Source: Candidatus Methylomirabilis limnetica | GTDB taxonomy: Bacteria > Methylomirabilota > Methylomirabilia > Methylomirabilales > Methylomirabilaceae | Reading direction: 5' to 3' | Length of the DNA: 32,000 nt | NCBI RefSeq assembly: GCF_003044035.1 | Contig: NZ_NVQC01000028.1 | Span: 64,168 to 96,167, forward strand | In this document: one piece after another, positions 8,258-17,766 of the stretch | How the letters are laid out: the number at the start of each line of letters is the position of its first letter | Numbering within the stretch: position 1 is the first letter of the stretch | Program-made: the position numbers and the translations under genes | The notes under the pieces: generated by a model | The model's input: the letters and a program-made list of their open reading frames with translations, nothing else | Databases searched by the model: none | Told to the model about the DNA's origin: nothing

Positions 8258-9178
8258 TCAGAACCAGCCTCGGTACTTGAAATATACTCCCATCGCCACT
8301 CCAACGGTAATCATCGCCAGTAACGCATACATCCAGCCAAGTGAGCTTTCGAGCCATGGCAGGTTGGGAAAATTCATTCCAAAAAAGCCGGTAATGAGCA
8401 GGAAAGGAATGGCCACGGTGGCCCAGAAGGTCAGGCTCTTCATGATTTCATTGGTGCGATTGGCGGTGGCGGAAAGGTGGACGTCAAGCACGCCGGTGAG
8501 GATGTCGCGATAGGTTTCAGCAAAATCGAGAGCGCGGACGATGTGGTCGTAGATGTTACGGAAATATGGCTGTTGCGAACGGAACCATGGTTCGGCGCGG
8601 TAGAGAAGATGATTGATCGCCTCGCGCCCAGCCAGGGCCACGCGGCGAAAATCAATCAACGCGCGGCGGAGCGCAAAGATATCTGCCAGCAGCCGGGGCG
8701 TGGGATTATCGAGGATCTGCTCCTCGATTTGCTCGATGCGGTCCTCCACGGTGTCGAGCACGGGCAGATACTGGTCGGCCATGAAGTCGAGCATGTGCTG
8801 AAGCAGGCGGCCCGGATGGGCCATCGTGGGGTCGGAGCGAAATGTCGGAAGCACGGCCGCCACGGTGCGGCTGGGCGTGGGGCCTTCGCGGACGCTCACC
8901 AAAAAATCTTTGCCGACAAAGAAATTGATCTCGCCAAACCAGCACTCCTGTTTCTCCGGGTTAAAGTGGATGGAGTTGAAAATAAGGAACAGGTGGCCAT
9001 CATACTCTTCGAGCTTGGCGCGCTGGCGATAATTACGGCAGTCCTCGATGGCCAACTCGTGCAGGCCAAGCTGAGCGGCCAGCTCGTCGAGCGCAGGGCC
9101 CTTGGGATCGTCCACGTGATACCAGCAAAAGCCATTGCGCTCCCCGATCAGGCATGCGGCAGCAGCAGGGCCGATCAT
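8258..9178 (-). CDS. corA: CorA-family magnesium/cobalt transporter
   Basis: Two C-terminal TM helices with the GMNF signature (FFGMNFPNLPW). Confidence 0.9.
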   Translation of the reverse strand: MIGPAAAACLIGERNGFCWYHVDDPKGPALDELAAQLGLHELAIEDCRNYRQRAKLEEYDGHLFLIFNSIHFNPEKQECWFGEINFFVGKDFLVSVREGPTPSRTVAAVLPTFRSDPTMAHPGRLLQHMLDFMADQYLPVLDTVEDRIEQIEEQILDNPTPRLLADIFALRRALIDFRRVALAGREAINHLLYRAEPWFRSQQPYFRNIYDHIVRALDFAETYRDILTGVLDVHLSATANRTNEIMKSLTFWATVAIPFLLITGFFGMNFPNLPWLESSLGWMYALLAMITVGVAMGVYFKYRGWF

Positions 9179-9323
9179 CTTTGTACCGTAAGTCCCTTGT
9201 TATTCATATCAAGAGATTGTTGGCCTGTTCGCCGGCTTCTTGAAGCATGGGTGTGAGGCTTGGCGGGGGACTTGCGCCAAGTAAGATCGGAGGAAGAGAG
9301 GGAATGAGTTAGGCCGAACGACC

Positions 9324-10823
9324 CTAGGCCTCACAACGACCTGACAACAGATAGGCGACGACGTCTGCGGCAGTGTAGCTCGTCCGGCCGCCCAGGAAGC
9401 CACCGATAGTCGCGAGGTCGTCGCCGCTGGTAACGATCGGCGGCTCCTCGGTGCCGTTGGGATTGATCTGCGGGTGGCCGATGACGGAGAGCAGCGCGTT
9501 GCACAGGCACTGGCGGTCGATCGTGTCCTCCAGCTTGCCACCCTTTTTCACGTAGGCGGCCTCAGGCTCACTGGGACACCGATAGTCCACTTTTCCATCC
9601 GCCGTCATGAAGGCGACGCGCAGGTACCCCATATCGCAGATCCGCTCGCGCGTTGCGCCCACGGCGGGATTCTCGGCCCATTCCACGACCTTGATTGGAA
9701 AGCCGGTGGGCGATACGCGGGGCTTCGTGCGAACGTCTACCTCGCCGCGGGCCGCATGGGCTAGCACCGAACGCTTGATCGGCTCTGCTAGTCCCGATTC
9801 GTCGCAGAAGGCGAAGAGCGTCCCGACCTGGACTCCGGCGGCTCCATCCTTACGCGCCTCAATCAGGCGCTCGGGGTGTCCGGTCCCGCCCGCCACCCAA
9901 AACGGCAGCCCCAGCTCCTTGATCTTCGCGAGGTCCACCTTGTCGTTTTCGCTGTAGATCGGCTCGCCGCGCTCGTTGAATCGTGGCTCACCGCGGGGCG
10001 GGGCGTTGTGGCCACCGGCGGTGGGGCCCTCGATCACGAATCCATCCACCTGGCCGGTCGCCTTACGGGCGAGCATCTTCGCCAGGGAGTTGCTCGCCAC
10101 GATCGGGAGGAACTTCGGCCGCGCAAGCGGTGCCGGCGGCGTCTCCCAATGGATGCCGGGGTCAAACTCGAGGTATTCGACGGCGCCGGAGGGTAGTCCC
10201 TCCACGTCGAATCGGAGCCGGGCCGGCTGGTGCCCAGCGAGCAAGTCGAGCACCCCTCCGATCTCTCGCGGGATCCCGGCGCCCATCAGAACGTAGTCGA
10301 CCCCGGCGAGCATTGCGCCGTAGAGCGTCGGCAGTGCGAGCATCTGAACTTTGGTGAGCAGGTTGATGCCGACCGGCGCATCGTGTCCCTCCTTGGCGAG
10401 GAACACTTCGACGAATGTGGCCAACATGGTGAGCTCCTGCCGAGCGGGAGAGACCACCTGGCGGTACATGGGGAGCATCGTGTACGGCTCGCCCGGCGCC
10501 CGACCCTCGGGCCGATAGTAGCGGCGTATGGCCTCGTCCGCGGCGCGACGGATCGGGAACTGCTCGATCCCGCGGCGCATGTGGCCGCCGCGATCGCCAT
10601 CCTGCAGGCGACGTACGAACACCGTATCGATGCCGGTGCCGGAGACGACACCCATCTGGCCAGTTCGTGCCACGGCGTTGGCCAGCCGCCAGTTGGAGAC
10701 AGCGGCACCCATACCGCCTTGAATGATCAGGGGAAGCGTTGAGCGCTCTTTGATGGAAGAAGCATGGCACCGATGATCCGCTCCCGCGCCTTCCCCGGGT
10801 GCGCTCGATAAGGGCTTCTTCAT
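9324..10823 (-). CDS. Nitronate monooxygenase (NMO/2-nitropropane dioxygenase) family FMN oxidoreductase, long form
   Basis: IIQGGMGAAVSNWRLANAVARTGQMGVVSGTG and GFVIEGPTAGGH motifs. ATG at 10823 (MKKPLSS) is preferred over the TTG at 10985. The start is uncertain. Confidence 0.75.
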   Translation of the reverse strand: MKKPLSSAPGEGAGADHRCHASSIKERSTLPLIIQGGMGAAVSNWRLANAVARTGQMGVVSGTGIDTVFVRRLQDGDRGGHMRRGIEQFPIRRAADEAIRRYYRPEGRAPGEPYTMLPMYRQVVSPARQELTMLATFVEVFLAKEGHDAPVGINLLTKVQMLALPTLYGAMLAGVDYVLMGAGIPREIGGVLDLLAGHQPARLRFDVEGLPSGAVEYLEFDPGIHWETPPAPLARPKFLPIVASNSLAKMLARKATGQVDGFVIEGPTAGGHNAPPRGEPRFNERGEPIYSENDKVDLAKIKELGLPFWVAGGTGHPERLIEARKDGAAGVQVGTLFAFCDESGLAEPIKRSVLAHAARGEVDVRTKPRVSPTGFPIKVVEWAENPAVGATRERICDMGYLRVAFMTADGKVDYRCPSEPEAAYVKKGGKLEDTIDRQCLCNALLSVIGHPQINPNGTEEPPIVTSGDDLATIGGFLGGRTSYTAADVVAYLLSGRCEA

Positions 10824-11202
10824 GCTGCCACGCGACCGGTTGCACAACCACGCGAGAGCGAGTGGTGGGGCTCGGCTCGATCCGCATCGCAGGCCCGGCA
10901 TGCTGTAGTGAGTCGTGCGCGATTTGAGCCGGCCACCAGCCCGCTCCGCGCACCACCGCCTGCTATTGCCGAGCACCCTTCCCAAATATGAGATCGTTGA
11001 TTGTGGCGCATTCTAGGGGGTCACTGTTTTATACATCTTGCGCAAAAATCTGCTTAGGGACGTTTTCTACAGCCTCAATCGTGATAGGGAAGAGCCTCGC
11101 GGCCCCGCTCCTCCCACACCACCTTACATACGGATCACGTATGTGTGTCACTGGTCACAAGGAAATGTACCACAAATGGTCATGAAAAGTGTATCAGAGT
11201 TG

Positions 11203-11953
11203 AAATAGGTACGGGCACTATTTCGTAAGACCCTTTCTTGGTCTTCCTCTATGCGAAACGCTTATAACTCGCCCCAGTTTCCTGCTCAATTCCCCGATGA
11301 ACCCATCCCTCCCCAGTGGTCGCCCTGTCATAGTGTGCCTTCGAATCGTTTCCACGTCTGGGGCATTATCGTCCAAATCGATGTGTTCTCTCCATGACTC
11401 CATGGAAACGCCCACTGATTCCTTTATCTCAATGACATCGACCATCTCACTCGTTCCACCGATGTGAGCGGCCGCACTGGACCATTTCCATTGCCAAGGC
11501 CTGTTGACCATCCTGGCCCGCACCGGATTCCTCTCAACATATCGCATTGCCGCCATAAGATACGGCTCATCAAGCAGACAGGAATAAAAGCGTCCCTGCC
11601 ACAAGTGCCCGGAGGCCTTTCTCTCTTTGTTGAAATACTGAGCATACCGCATATGGGCCACGCTGAACACTTTAGCCAACGATGCCTCTTCCTGCGGTTG
11701 GACAATGAAATGAACGTGATTGTCCATTAAGCAATAGGCCCATATCGACAGGTGAAATTTGCGGCTGTATTCATTAACCCAGGATAAGTATCGAGAACGA
11801 TCTTCGTCGTTACGAAAGACCGCCTGGCGATAATTCCCTCTTTGCGTAATATGGTAAGGGTGGCCGGGTGCAACGATTCGAGCAATCCGTGGCATGCAAG
11901 ATCATTAGAGCAAACACCCTAAATTGTCAAATAAATAGTGTCTGTCCCTATTT
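11203..11953 (-). mobile_element. Compact Y1-transposase unit bounded by inverted 21-bp hairpin motifs
   Basis: AAATAGGTACGGGCACTATTT (11203-11223) and the reverse complement of 11933-11953 (AAATAGGGACAGACACTATTT) match 18/21. Each is itself AAATAG-N9-CTATTT. Confidence 0.55.
11218..11895 (-). CDS. IS200-like / REP-associated tyrosine (Y1, HUH) transposase family protein
   Basis: MPRIARIVAPGHPYHITQRGNYRQAVF and the HUH motif CLMDNHVHFIV. The 225-aa length is typical of RAYT-like proteins. Confidence 0.8.
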   Translation of the reverse strand: MPRIARIVAPGHPYHITQRGNYRQAVFRNDEDRSRYLSWVNEYSRKFHLSIWAYCLMDNHVHFIVQPQEEASLAKVFSVAHMRYAQYFNKERKASGHLWQGRFYSCLLDEPYLMAAMRYVERNPVRARMVNRPWQWKWSSAAAHIGGTSEMVDVIEIKESVGVSMESWREHIDLDDNAPDVETIRRHTMTGRPLGRDGFIGELSRKLGRVISVSHRGRPRKGLTK

Positions 11954-11993
11954 AATCTGCTAGGATGAGCGAAACAGGAAGCGAGGAGGCTTT

Positions 11994-13193
11994 ATGAAGA
12001 GAACAGGCGGCGCGAGCGCGCGACCACCGGCGAGGGGCGCTCTCATCCATTATCACGAGATCGCCCTCAAGGGGAAAAATCGGAGCTTCTTCCTGAAGCA
12101 GCTTGAGGCCAATATCCTGCTGGCCACGCGTGATCTCGACTGCGGTCCACTCAAGCGACTAGCCGGTCGGCTGTTCCTGGAGATGCGCGAGGAGACCTCG
12201 TGGGAGGTCCTGCGACAGCGGCTGAGCCGTGTCTTCGGGATTGCGAATTTCGCCCCTGCCGTCATGATGGCGCCTGATCTGGAGTTACTCGCGCAGCGGA
12301 TCGAAGAGGAGGTCTCCAGCCGTTCATTTCACAGCTTTCGCGTGGCGGCCCGTCGCGCCTTCAAGACCTTTCCGCAGACCTCCCAGGAGATCAACGAGAT
12401 AATCGGGGCCAGGGTGCAGCGCATCTGTGGCGCCCGCGTCGATCTCACCAATCCGGAGCTGACGATATACATCGAGATACTCCCTGCAGAGGCCTTTGTC
12501 TACTTCGATAAACTGTTGGGCCCGGGGGGCCTCCCGGTGGGGACCAGCGGGACGGTCGCGTGTCTGCTGTCAGGCGGGATCGATTCTCCGGTTGCGGCCT
12601 ACCGGATGATGAAGCGTGGGTGCCGTGTCGTCTTCGTCCACTTCCATAGCCAGCCGTTCGCTGACCGAACCTCACAAGAAAAAGCGATCGAACTGGCGCG
12701 ACTCCTCACCCGGTACCAGTTTGCTTCTCGCCTCTACCTGGCGCCCTTCGGCGAGCTCCAGCAGGAGGTCGTCTCCCACGTCACCGGACGCATGAGGATC
12801 GTTGTGTATCGACGGCTGATGCTGCGAATCGCCGAACAGATCGCCCGCAAGGAAGGCGCCCAGGCTCTGGTGACCGGCGAGAGTCTCGGTCAGGTGGCGT
12901 CACAAACCATTGAAAACATCGCCACCATCGAGCAGGCATCCACCTTACCGATTCTACGGCCCTTGATCGGTATGGACAAGGACGAGATCACGCAGCAGGC
13001 ACAGCAGATTGGCAGCTACGAGGTCTCCATCATTCCCGACCAGGACTGCTGTTCGATGTTTCTGCCAAGGCAGGTGGCGACGCACACGACTCACCGCGAG
13101 GCCGAACTCGCCGAGCGCCCCCTTGACCTTGAGCGACTCGTGGCGCAGGCTCACTCTGCCGCGTACTCCCTTGAGCTGTCGTTTCCTGGTTGA
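11994..13193 (+). CDS. thiI: tRNA 4-thiouridine(8) synthase
   Basis: THUMP-type N-terminal half and PP-loop SGGIDSPVAAY. GAGGAGG SD. Confidence 0.9.
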   Translation: MKRTGGASARPPARGALIHYHEIALKGKNRSFFLKQLEANILLATRDLDCGPLKRLAGRLFLEMREETSWEVLRQRLSRVFGIANFAPAVMMAPDLELLAQRIEEEVSSRSFHSFRVAARRAFKTFPQTSQEINEIIGARVQRICGARVDLTNPELTIYIEILPAEAFVYFDKLLGPGGLPVGTSGTVACLLSGGIDSPVAAYRMMKRGCRVVFVHFHSQPFADRTSQEKAIELARLLTRYQFASRLYLAPFGELQQEVVSHVTGRMRIVVYRRLMLRIAEQIARKEGAQALVTGESLGQVASQTIENIATIEQASTLPILRPLIGMDKDEITQQAQQIGSYEVSIIPDQDCCSMFLPRQVATHTTHREAELAERPLDLERLVAQAHSAAYSLELSFPG

Positions 13194-13206
13194 GCAGCGA
13201 TTCGGC

Positions 13207-13295
13207 TTTCAGCAATCAGCGGTCAGCGCCTTCGCTTCCAGAATTGTGGATCGCCTTTCACGGCCCATCATTTTGCTGAAAGCTGATGGTTGATC
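13207..13295. repeat. Heptamer-armed inverted repeat (TTTCAGC AATCAGC GGTCAGC ... GCTGAAA GCTGATG GTTGATC)
   Basis: Read directly. It lies between the convergent stops of thiI (13193) and the cytochrome c gene (13312), so it could act as a bidirectional terminator. Confidence 0.6.
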
Positions 13296-13311
13296 GCGCA
13301 AGGGCTGTACT

Positions 13312-13701
13312 TCACTTCTCCGACTGGTACTTCGGGACGGCCAGTAAGCGGATATAGGCGACGATGTCCTTGATCTCCATGTCGTTGAGCACCCCCCCAA
13401 AGCCACTCATCAGCGGGCTGAACTTCTCTGACGCGCTGCCATTTTTGATGACATTGATCAATTGCGCATCGGTTCTGACATTCATGTACTTGCCGTCCGT
13501 AAGGTTCCGCGGCTTGGGATTTAGAAAAGCCGCTGCCGGCCCATTCCCATCACCCGCTGAACCGTGACACGGAACACAGAAGGTCGTAAACTTCTCCGGA
13601 GCCTTGGGCTCGGCGGTAGCCGGCACGGCTGTCCAGGCCCCTGCGCAGCCCACGACCAAAGCAGTTAGCAGAACCACTTGAACGGTCGCTTTTCTCACCA
13701 T
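13312..13701 (-). CDS. Mono-heme c-type cytochrome, probable lipoprotein
   Basis: CVPCHG heme-binding site and a distal Met region. Signal peptide ends in the lipobox-like LVVGC. ATG at 13701 is preceded by AGGAGGA. Confidence 0.8.
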   Translation of the reverse strand: MVRKATVQVVLLTALVVGCAGAWTAVPATAEPKAPEKFTTFCVPCHGSAGDGNGPAAAFLNPKPRNLTDGKYMNVRTDAQLINVIKNGSASEKFSPLMSGFGGVLNDMEIKDIVAYIRLLAVPKYQSEK

Positions 13702-13905
13702 CGATTCCTCCTGTAAAGTGGTTCCCACTCATCGCATACAATGAGCAACTAGCAACTTGCTAAAGTCTGCGCTCCAGATTTTCCTATGTCAAGAGGAAGT
13801 TGACCTATCCTTTAGAAGCCCAAAACCTGTTGACTTTTCATGTGATTCCGGCTAGGTTGAGCCCGATATTTGGGTATTGTTTGGTGATGCGAAGAGAGGG
13901 GTACA

Positions 13906-14817
13906 ATGGCGCACGCGTATTTCAAGGGGCAGTTCGTTCCGCTTGATCAAGCCAAGGTTAGCATCCAGAACAATACCTTCCAGTACGGGACCGGCATCTT
14001 CGAGGGAATTAGAGCCTACTGGAACCCGGATGAGAGGCAGCTCTACCTGTTCCGCATGGTGGAACACTACGTCCGGCTGCTCAGAAACTGCCGAGTCCTG
14101 AAGCTCAACATCGTCAAGGACGAGAAAGAGTTGTCGGAAATCACCCTGGAATTGCTCAGGAGAAACCACCCCGAAACCGACACCTATATCCGGCCGATTG
14201 CGTATGTCGATTCTGATGGGATCGGCCCGAAGTTCATCGGCTATTCCGCCGGTTTCGCCATGTACACACTCCCGCTTGGCGACTACATCGACGTCTCAAA
14301 GGGGATCAAGGTGGGCTTTTCTTCCTGGCGCCGCATCAACGATAACGCCATCCCGGCCCGCTGCAAGGTCACTGGCGGCTATGTCAACTCCGCATTGGCC
14401 AAGACCGAGGCTCTCGAACATGGTTACGATGAGGCGATCTTCCTCACCGAGGGGGGCTTTATCTCTGAAGGATCGGCAGAGAATATCTTTCTCGTCAGGG
14501 GGGGAAAGTTGATCACGCCCGCCCTGTCCGAGGATATCCTGGAAGGGATCACGCGCGAGACAGTGATCGAGCTGGCTCGGGAGGAGCTGGGCATCGAGAC
14601 GATCGAGCGGCCCATCGGCAGGACGGAACTGTACGTCGCCGATGAGGCGTTTCTCTGCGGTACGGGCGCCCAGATATCGCCGATGATCGAGGTGGATAAA
14701 CGGCCGCTGGGCACCGGTAGGATAGGGCCTATCAGCGCGAAGATTCAAGCGCTCTATTTCGACGTGGTCAAGGGAAAGCAGAAGAAGTACGCGCACTGGC
14801 TGACGCCAGTCTATTAA
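13906..14817 (+). CDS. ilvE: Branched-chain amino acid aminotransferase (class IV)
   Basis: 303 aa. Fold-type IV pattern (FEGIRAY, VNSALAKTEA, EGSAENIF) is conserved throughout. Confidence 0.9.
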   Translation: MAHAYFKGQFVPLDQAKVSIQNNTFQYGTGIFEGIRAYWNPDERQLYLFRMVEHYVRLLRNCRVLKLNIVKDEKELSEITLELLRRNHPETDTYIRPIAYVDSDGIGPKFIGYSAGFAMYTLPLGDYIDVSKGIKVGFSSWRRINDNAIPARCKVTGGYVNSALAKTEALEHGYDEAIFLTEGGFISEGSAENIFLVRGGKLITPALSEDILEGITRETVIELAREELGIETIERPIGRTELYVADEAFLCGTGAQISPMIEVDKRPLGTGRIGPISAKIQALYFDVVKGKQKKYAHWLTPVY

Positions 14818-14833
14818 GAACAGGGTGGAGGGT

Positions 14834-15802
14834 TTAGGAAGACCCCTCCAACTGCTTGCGGAAGTATTCGATGGTGAGCACAAGCCCTTCAGCGATCTGC
14901 ACCTTCGGCTCCCAGCCGAGTTTAGCCCTTGCCAAGCCAATATCCGGTTGACGGACACGAGGATCATCCAGCGGCAACGGGCAGATCTCAATGCCTGTGG
15001 TGAGGGCTGTCGAACCAGCAGACTGACCGCCGATTGACTTCAAGACCATGTGGGCAAGCTCAATCACCGTGAATTCATTGGGGTTCCCAACGTTGACTGG
15101 GTTGACCTCGTCCGACATCAACAGGCGGTACAGCCCTTCGACTAAATCAGAGACGTAACAGAAGCTTCGGGTCTGTAACCCGTCACCATACACCGTCAGG
15201 GGCTCGTCGCGCAGCGCCTGGTTGATGAAATTGGACACGACGCGTCCGTCGTTGGGTCGCATCCGGGGTCCATACGTATTAAAGATCCTGGCGATTCGGG
15301 TATCAAGCCCATGATACCGGTGATACGCCATAGTCATCGCTTCAGCGAACCGCTTCGCCTCGTCATACATCCCACGTGGTCCGATCGGATTCACGTTGCC
15401 CCAGTACTCCTCCCGCTGGGGGTGGATCAAGGGGTCGCCGTAGACCTCTGATGTCGATGCGAGCAGGAAGCGGGCGCCTTTGGCCTTGGCCAGGCCCAGG
15501 GCCTTGTGAGTTCCGAGAGAGCCAACCTTGAGGGTCTGGATCGGAAGGCGCTGATAATCGACGGGACTGGCCGGAGAGGCGAAATGGAGCACATAGTCCA
15601 GCGGGCCGTCGATGTACAGATACTCGGTGACGTCCTGCTTGATGAAACGGAACGCATCGTGCCCGCCCAAGTGGGCGACGTTGTCTATCCGGCCGGTGCT
15701 CAGGTTATCGAGACAGACGACCTCATGTCCTTCCTCGATCAAACGGTCGCACAGGTGGGAACCCAGAAATCCGACCCCACCCGTAATCAGTGCACGAGAC
15801 AT
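14834..15802 (-). CDS. UDP-glucuronate decarboxylase (UDP-xylose synthase), SDR family
   Basis: [16 protein letters not shown] Rossmann motif, YDEAKR catalytic motif and UXS-like length. GAGAGGAG SD. Confidence 0.85.
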   Translation of the reverse strand: MSRALITGGVGFLGSHLCDRLIEEGHEVVCLDNLSTGRIDNVAHLGGHDAFRFIKQDVTEYLYIDGPLDYVLHFASPASPVDYQRLPIQTLKVGSLGTHKALGLAKAKGARFLLASTSEVYGDPLIHPQREEYWGNVNPIGPRGMYDEAKRFAEAMTMAYHRYHGLDTRIARIFNTYGPRMRPNDGRVVSNFINQALRDEPLTVYGDGLQTRSFCYVSDLVEGLYRLLMSDEVNPVNVGNPNEFTVIELAHMVLKSIGGQSAGSTALTTGIEICPLPLDDPRVRQPDIGLARAKLGWEPKVQIAEGLVLTIEYFRKQLEGSS

Positions 15803-15911
15803 GGAACTCCTCTCATCGCCCGATCCCCATGTATTCGAACCCCATGGCCTTCATCTTGATCCAGAGCTGATCCTTCGGCTTCTTAAGCGCCTGCGCAATC
15901 GTAACTCTCAG

Positions 15912-16083
15912 GTGTTCAGGCTGTAGGCTGAAGGCTGTTAGTCTCTGCGCATGGACTGAACCAAGGGCCCAGATACCTTTTCGGTCTCCATCATTTTCGC
16001 GTCACATTCAGAAAACGCCTGGCTCATCTGTGCGCGTTCCAACAGTCTAAAAGACTACAGCCTATCTACCTGAGTAGTTACGC
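15912..16083 (+). repeat. ~170-bp repeat, copy 1 (twin at 20676-20838)
   Basis: Hand alignment gives about 89% identity over ~158 nt with two 1-nt indels. The 5' end carries AGGCTGN heptamers and the 3' end carries CAGTCT/CAGCCT words in inverse orientation. Confidence 0.85.
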
Positions 16084-16186
16084 AGGATCTTCAATAACAT
16101 ACTCCTGCCAATCGAGCCCTACCCTCGCGAACGCGATCTGGACGAGCTACCGAACTGAATAGGTCTCGCCTGTGGCGATGACGTAA

Positions 16187-17260
16187 TCATCGAGGCCCAC
16201 CCGCAAGCTTCCTGACCTCCTGTGCCCGCTCCTTGGGACAGACCAGTACACCGTCCTTGGACGCTACCACAATCATCTCCGACAGCCCGACGGTTGCCAC
16301 CCGCGGCCCGGTCGAGACAATGACCGACTGCGTCGTATCCAGGAGATGCACCTCACCCACGATCACGTTGCCGTCATCGTCTACGGGCAGCACTCGAGCC
16401 AACGCATCCCAGGTTCCCAGATCATCCCAGGCGAAATCGGCCCTGACCATCGCAACCCCCTCCCCCATCCGCTCCAACACGCCGTAATCTACCGACTGCT
16501 TCTTGAACGCGCTGTACTCCCGTTCCAGCGCCTCCTGTACCCCCCACGCCTCGCGGATGCGACAGAGGCCCGCCCACACCTCCGGCATATGCCTGGCAAG
16601 CAGACTTTGAATGGCGACATTTCGCCAGAGGAAGATGCCGCTGTTCCAGTAGTGATACCCGTCTGTTGCCAAACGCTCGGCCGTCTGCCGATCCGGTTTC
16701 TCCAGAAATCGACGGACGCGAAAAGCGCCGGGAGGCGAGGCCAGCGGCTCGCCGACCTCCAGATATCCGTACCCGGTCTCTGGCCGGGCAGGGGGGATTC
16801 CGAACATCACGACCCAGTCCGAGTATGAGGCGAGCAGCTCGGTCGCCCGGCGCACTCCTGCCGCAAACGCCTCGCCATCAGGAACGTAGTGATCAGCCGG
16901 CAAAGCAATCATGACCGCTTCAGGGTCAAGTCGCTCGAGGTGCAGCGAAGCGATCCCAATGGCTGCTGCGGTATCCATACCCTGCGGCTCGAGCAGGAGA
17001 TTAGCTACGGGGAGCTCCGGGAGCTGCTCTCGGACGAGGTCGCCATGCTTTTGCTCAACGACCACGACAATCTGGACCCAGGGCAGCAGGAGCCGCACCC
17101 GCCGGACCGTCGCCTGCAGGAGCGATTCGCTCCCGATCAAGCGAAGGAAGGCCTTGGGTTGTGCTTCCGTGCTGAGCGGCCAGAAGCGCTCGCCCTTCCC
17201 GCCGGCAAGCACCACCGCGAAGACATGGGGGTTACTGCTCGTCGCTCCGCCCGTAGTCAT
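16187..17260 (-). CDS. manC: Mannose-1-phosphate guanylyltransferase (nucleotidyltransferase domain only)
   Basis: VVLAGGKGERFWPLS and LPADH motifs. The start is uncertain (ATG 17260 or 17281; the ORF-track start 17314 is TTG). It overlaps the upstream cupin gene. Confidence 0.8.
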   Translation of the reverse strand: MTTGGATSSNPHVFAVVLAGGKGERFWPLSTEAQPKAFLRLIGSESLLQATVRRVRLLLPWVQIVVVVEQKHGDLVREQLPELPVANLLLEPQGMDTAAAIGIASLHLERLDPEAVMIALPADHYVPDGEAFAAGVRRATELLASYSDWVVMFGIPPARPETGYGYLEVGEPLASPPGAFRVRRFLEKPDRQTAERLATDGYHYWNSGIFLWRNVAIQSLLARHMPEVWAGLCRIREAWGVQEALEREYSAFKKQSVDYGVLERMGEGVAMVRADFAWDDLGTWDALARVLPVDDDGNVIVGEVHLLDTTQSVIVSTGPRVATVGLSEMIVVASKDGVLVCPKERAQEVRKLAGGPR

Positions 17261-17591
17261 CCTGGAGTCGAACAATGTCATCCTCCCCGAGGTAGGCGCC
17301 GTTTTGAATTTCAATAATGGTGAGTAGATGTGGCCCGGGATTCTCGATCCGGTGATCTGTCCCTGCCGGCACGAACGTCGATTCCTGGGCGGAAATGACT
17401 AAGGCCTGGTTCCCGATTATCACCTTGGCCGTGCCGGCCACAACAACCCAGTGCTCGCTCCTGGAAGCGTGTCGCTGCAGACTCAGACGATGCCCGGGAT
17501 TGACCTCAATCCGCTTGACCTTGTATCCCTCTCCCTCCCCAAGGACTGTCCAGCGTCCCCAGGGCCGCGTTGAGGTCAGTACTGTTTGCAT
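17232..17591 (-). CDS. Cupin-type mannose-6-phosphate isomerase domain protein (ManC C-terminal-domain homolog)
   Basis: RPWGRW...YKVKRIEVNPGHRLSLQRHASRSEHWVVV.G.A...FVPAGTDHRIEN is the type II PMI cupin signature. Confidence 0.8.
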   Translation of the reverse strand: MQTVLTSTRPWGRWTVLGEGEGYKVKRIEVNPGHRLSLQRHASRSEHWVVVAGTAKVIIGNQALVISAQESTFVPAGTDHRIENPGPHLLTIIEIQNGAYLGEDDIVRLQDDYGRSDEQ

Positions 17592-17622
17592 GTGATCCCT
17601 CGTCTGCTCCTTAGAAATAAGC

Positions 17623-17711
17623 GTTCAGCCATCAGCACTCAGCCGTTAGCTTCAGATAAAGCAGAGGGGTACATCAAAAGAACCGATAGCTGATCGCTGA
17701 AAGCTGATAGC
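17623..17711. repeat. Heptamer-armed inverted repeat (GTTCAGC CATCAGC ACTCAGC CGTTAGC ... GCTGATC GCTGAAA GCTGATA)
   Basis: Read directly in the rfbB/cupin intercistronic spacer. Confidence 0.65.
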
Positions 17712-17766
17712 TTCCCCAGAGTTACATTTCCGTGGGCCGCAGTGCGGTAGTGCCTCTCATGGGGTG

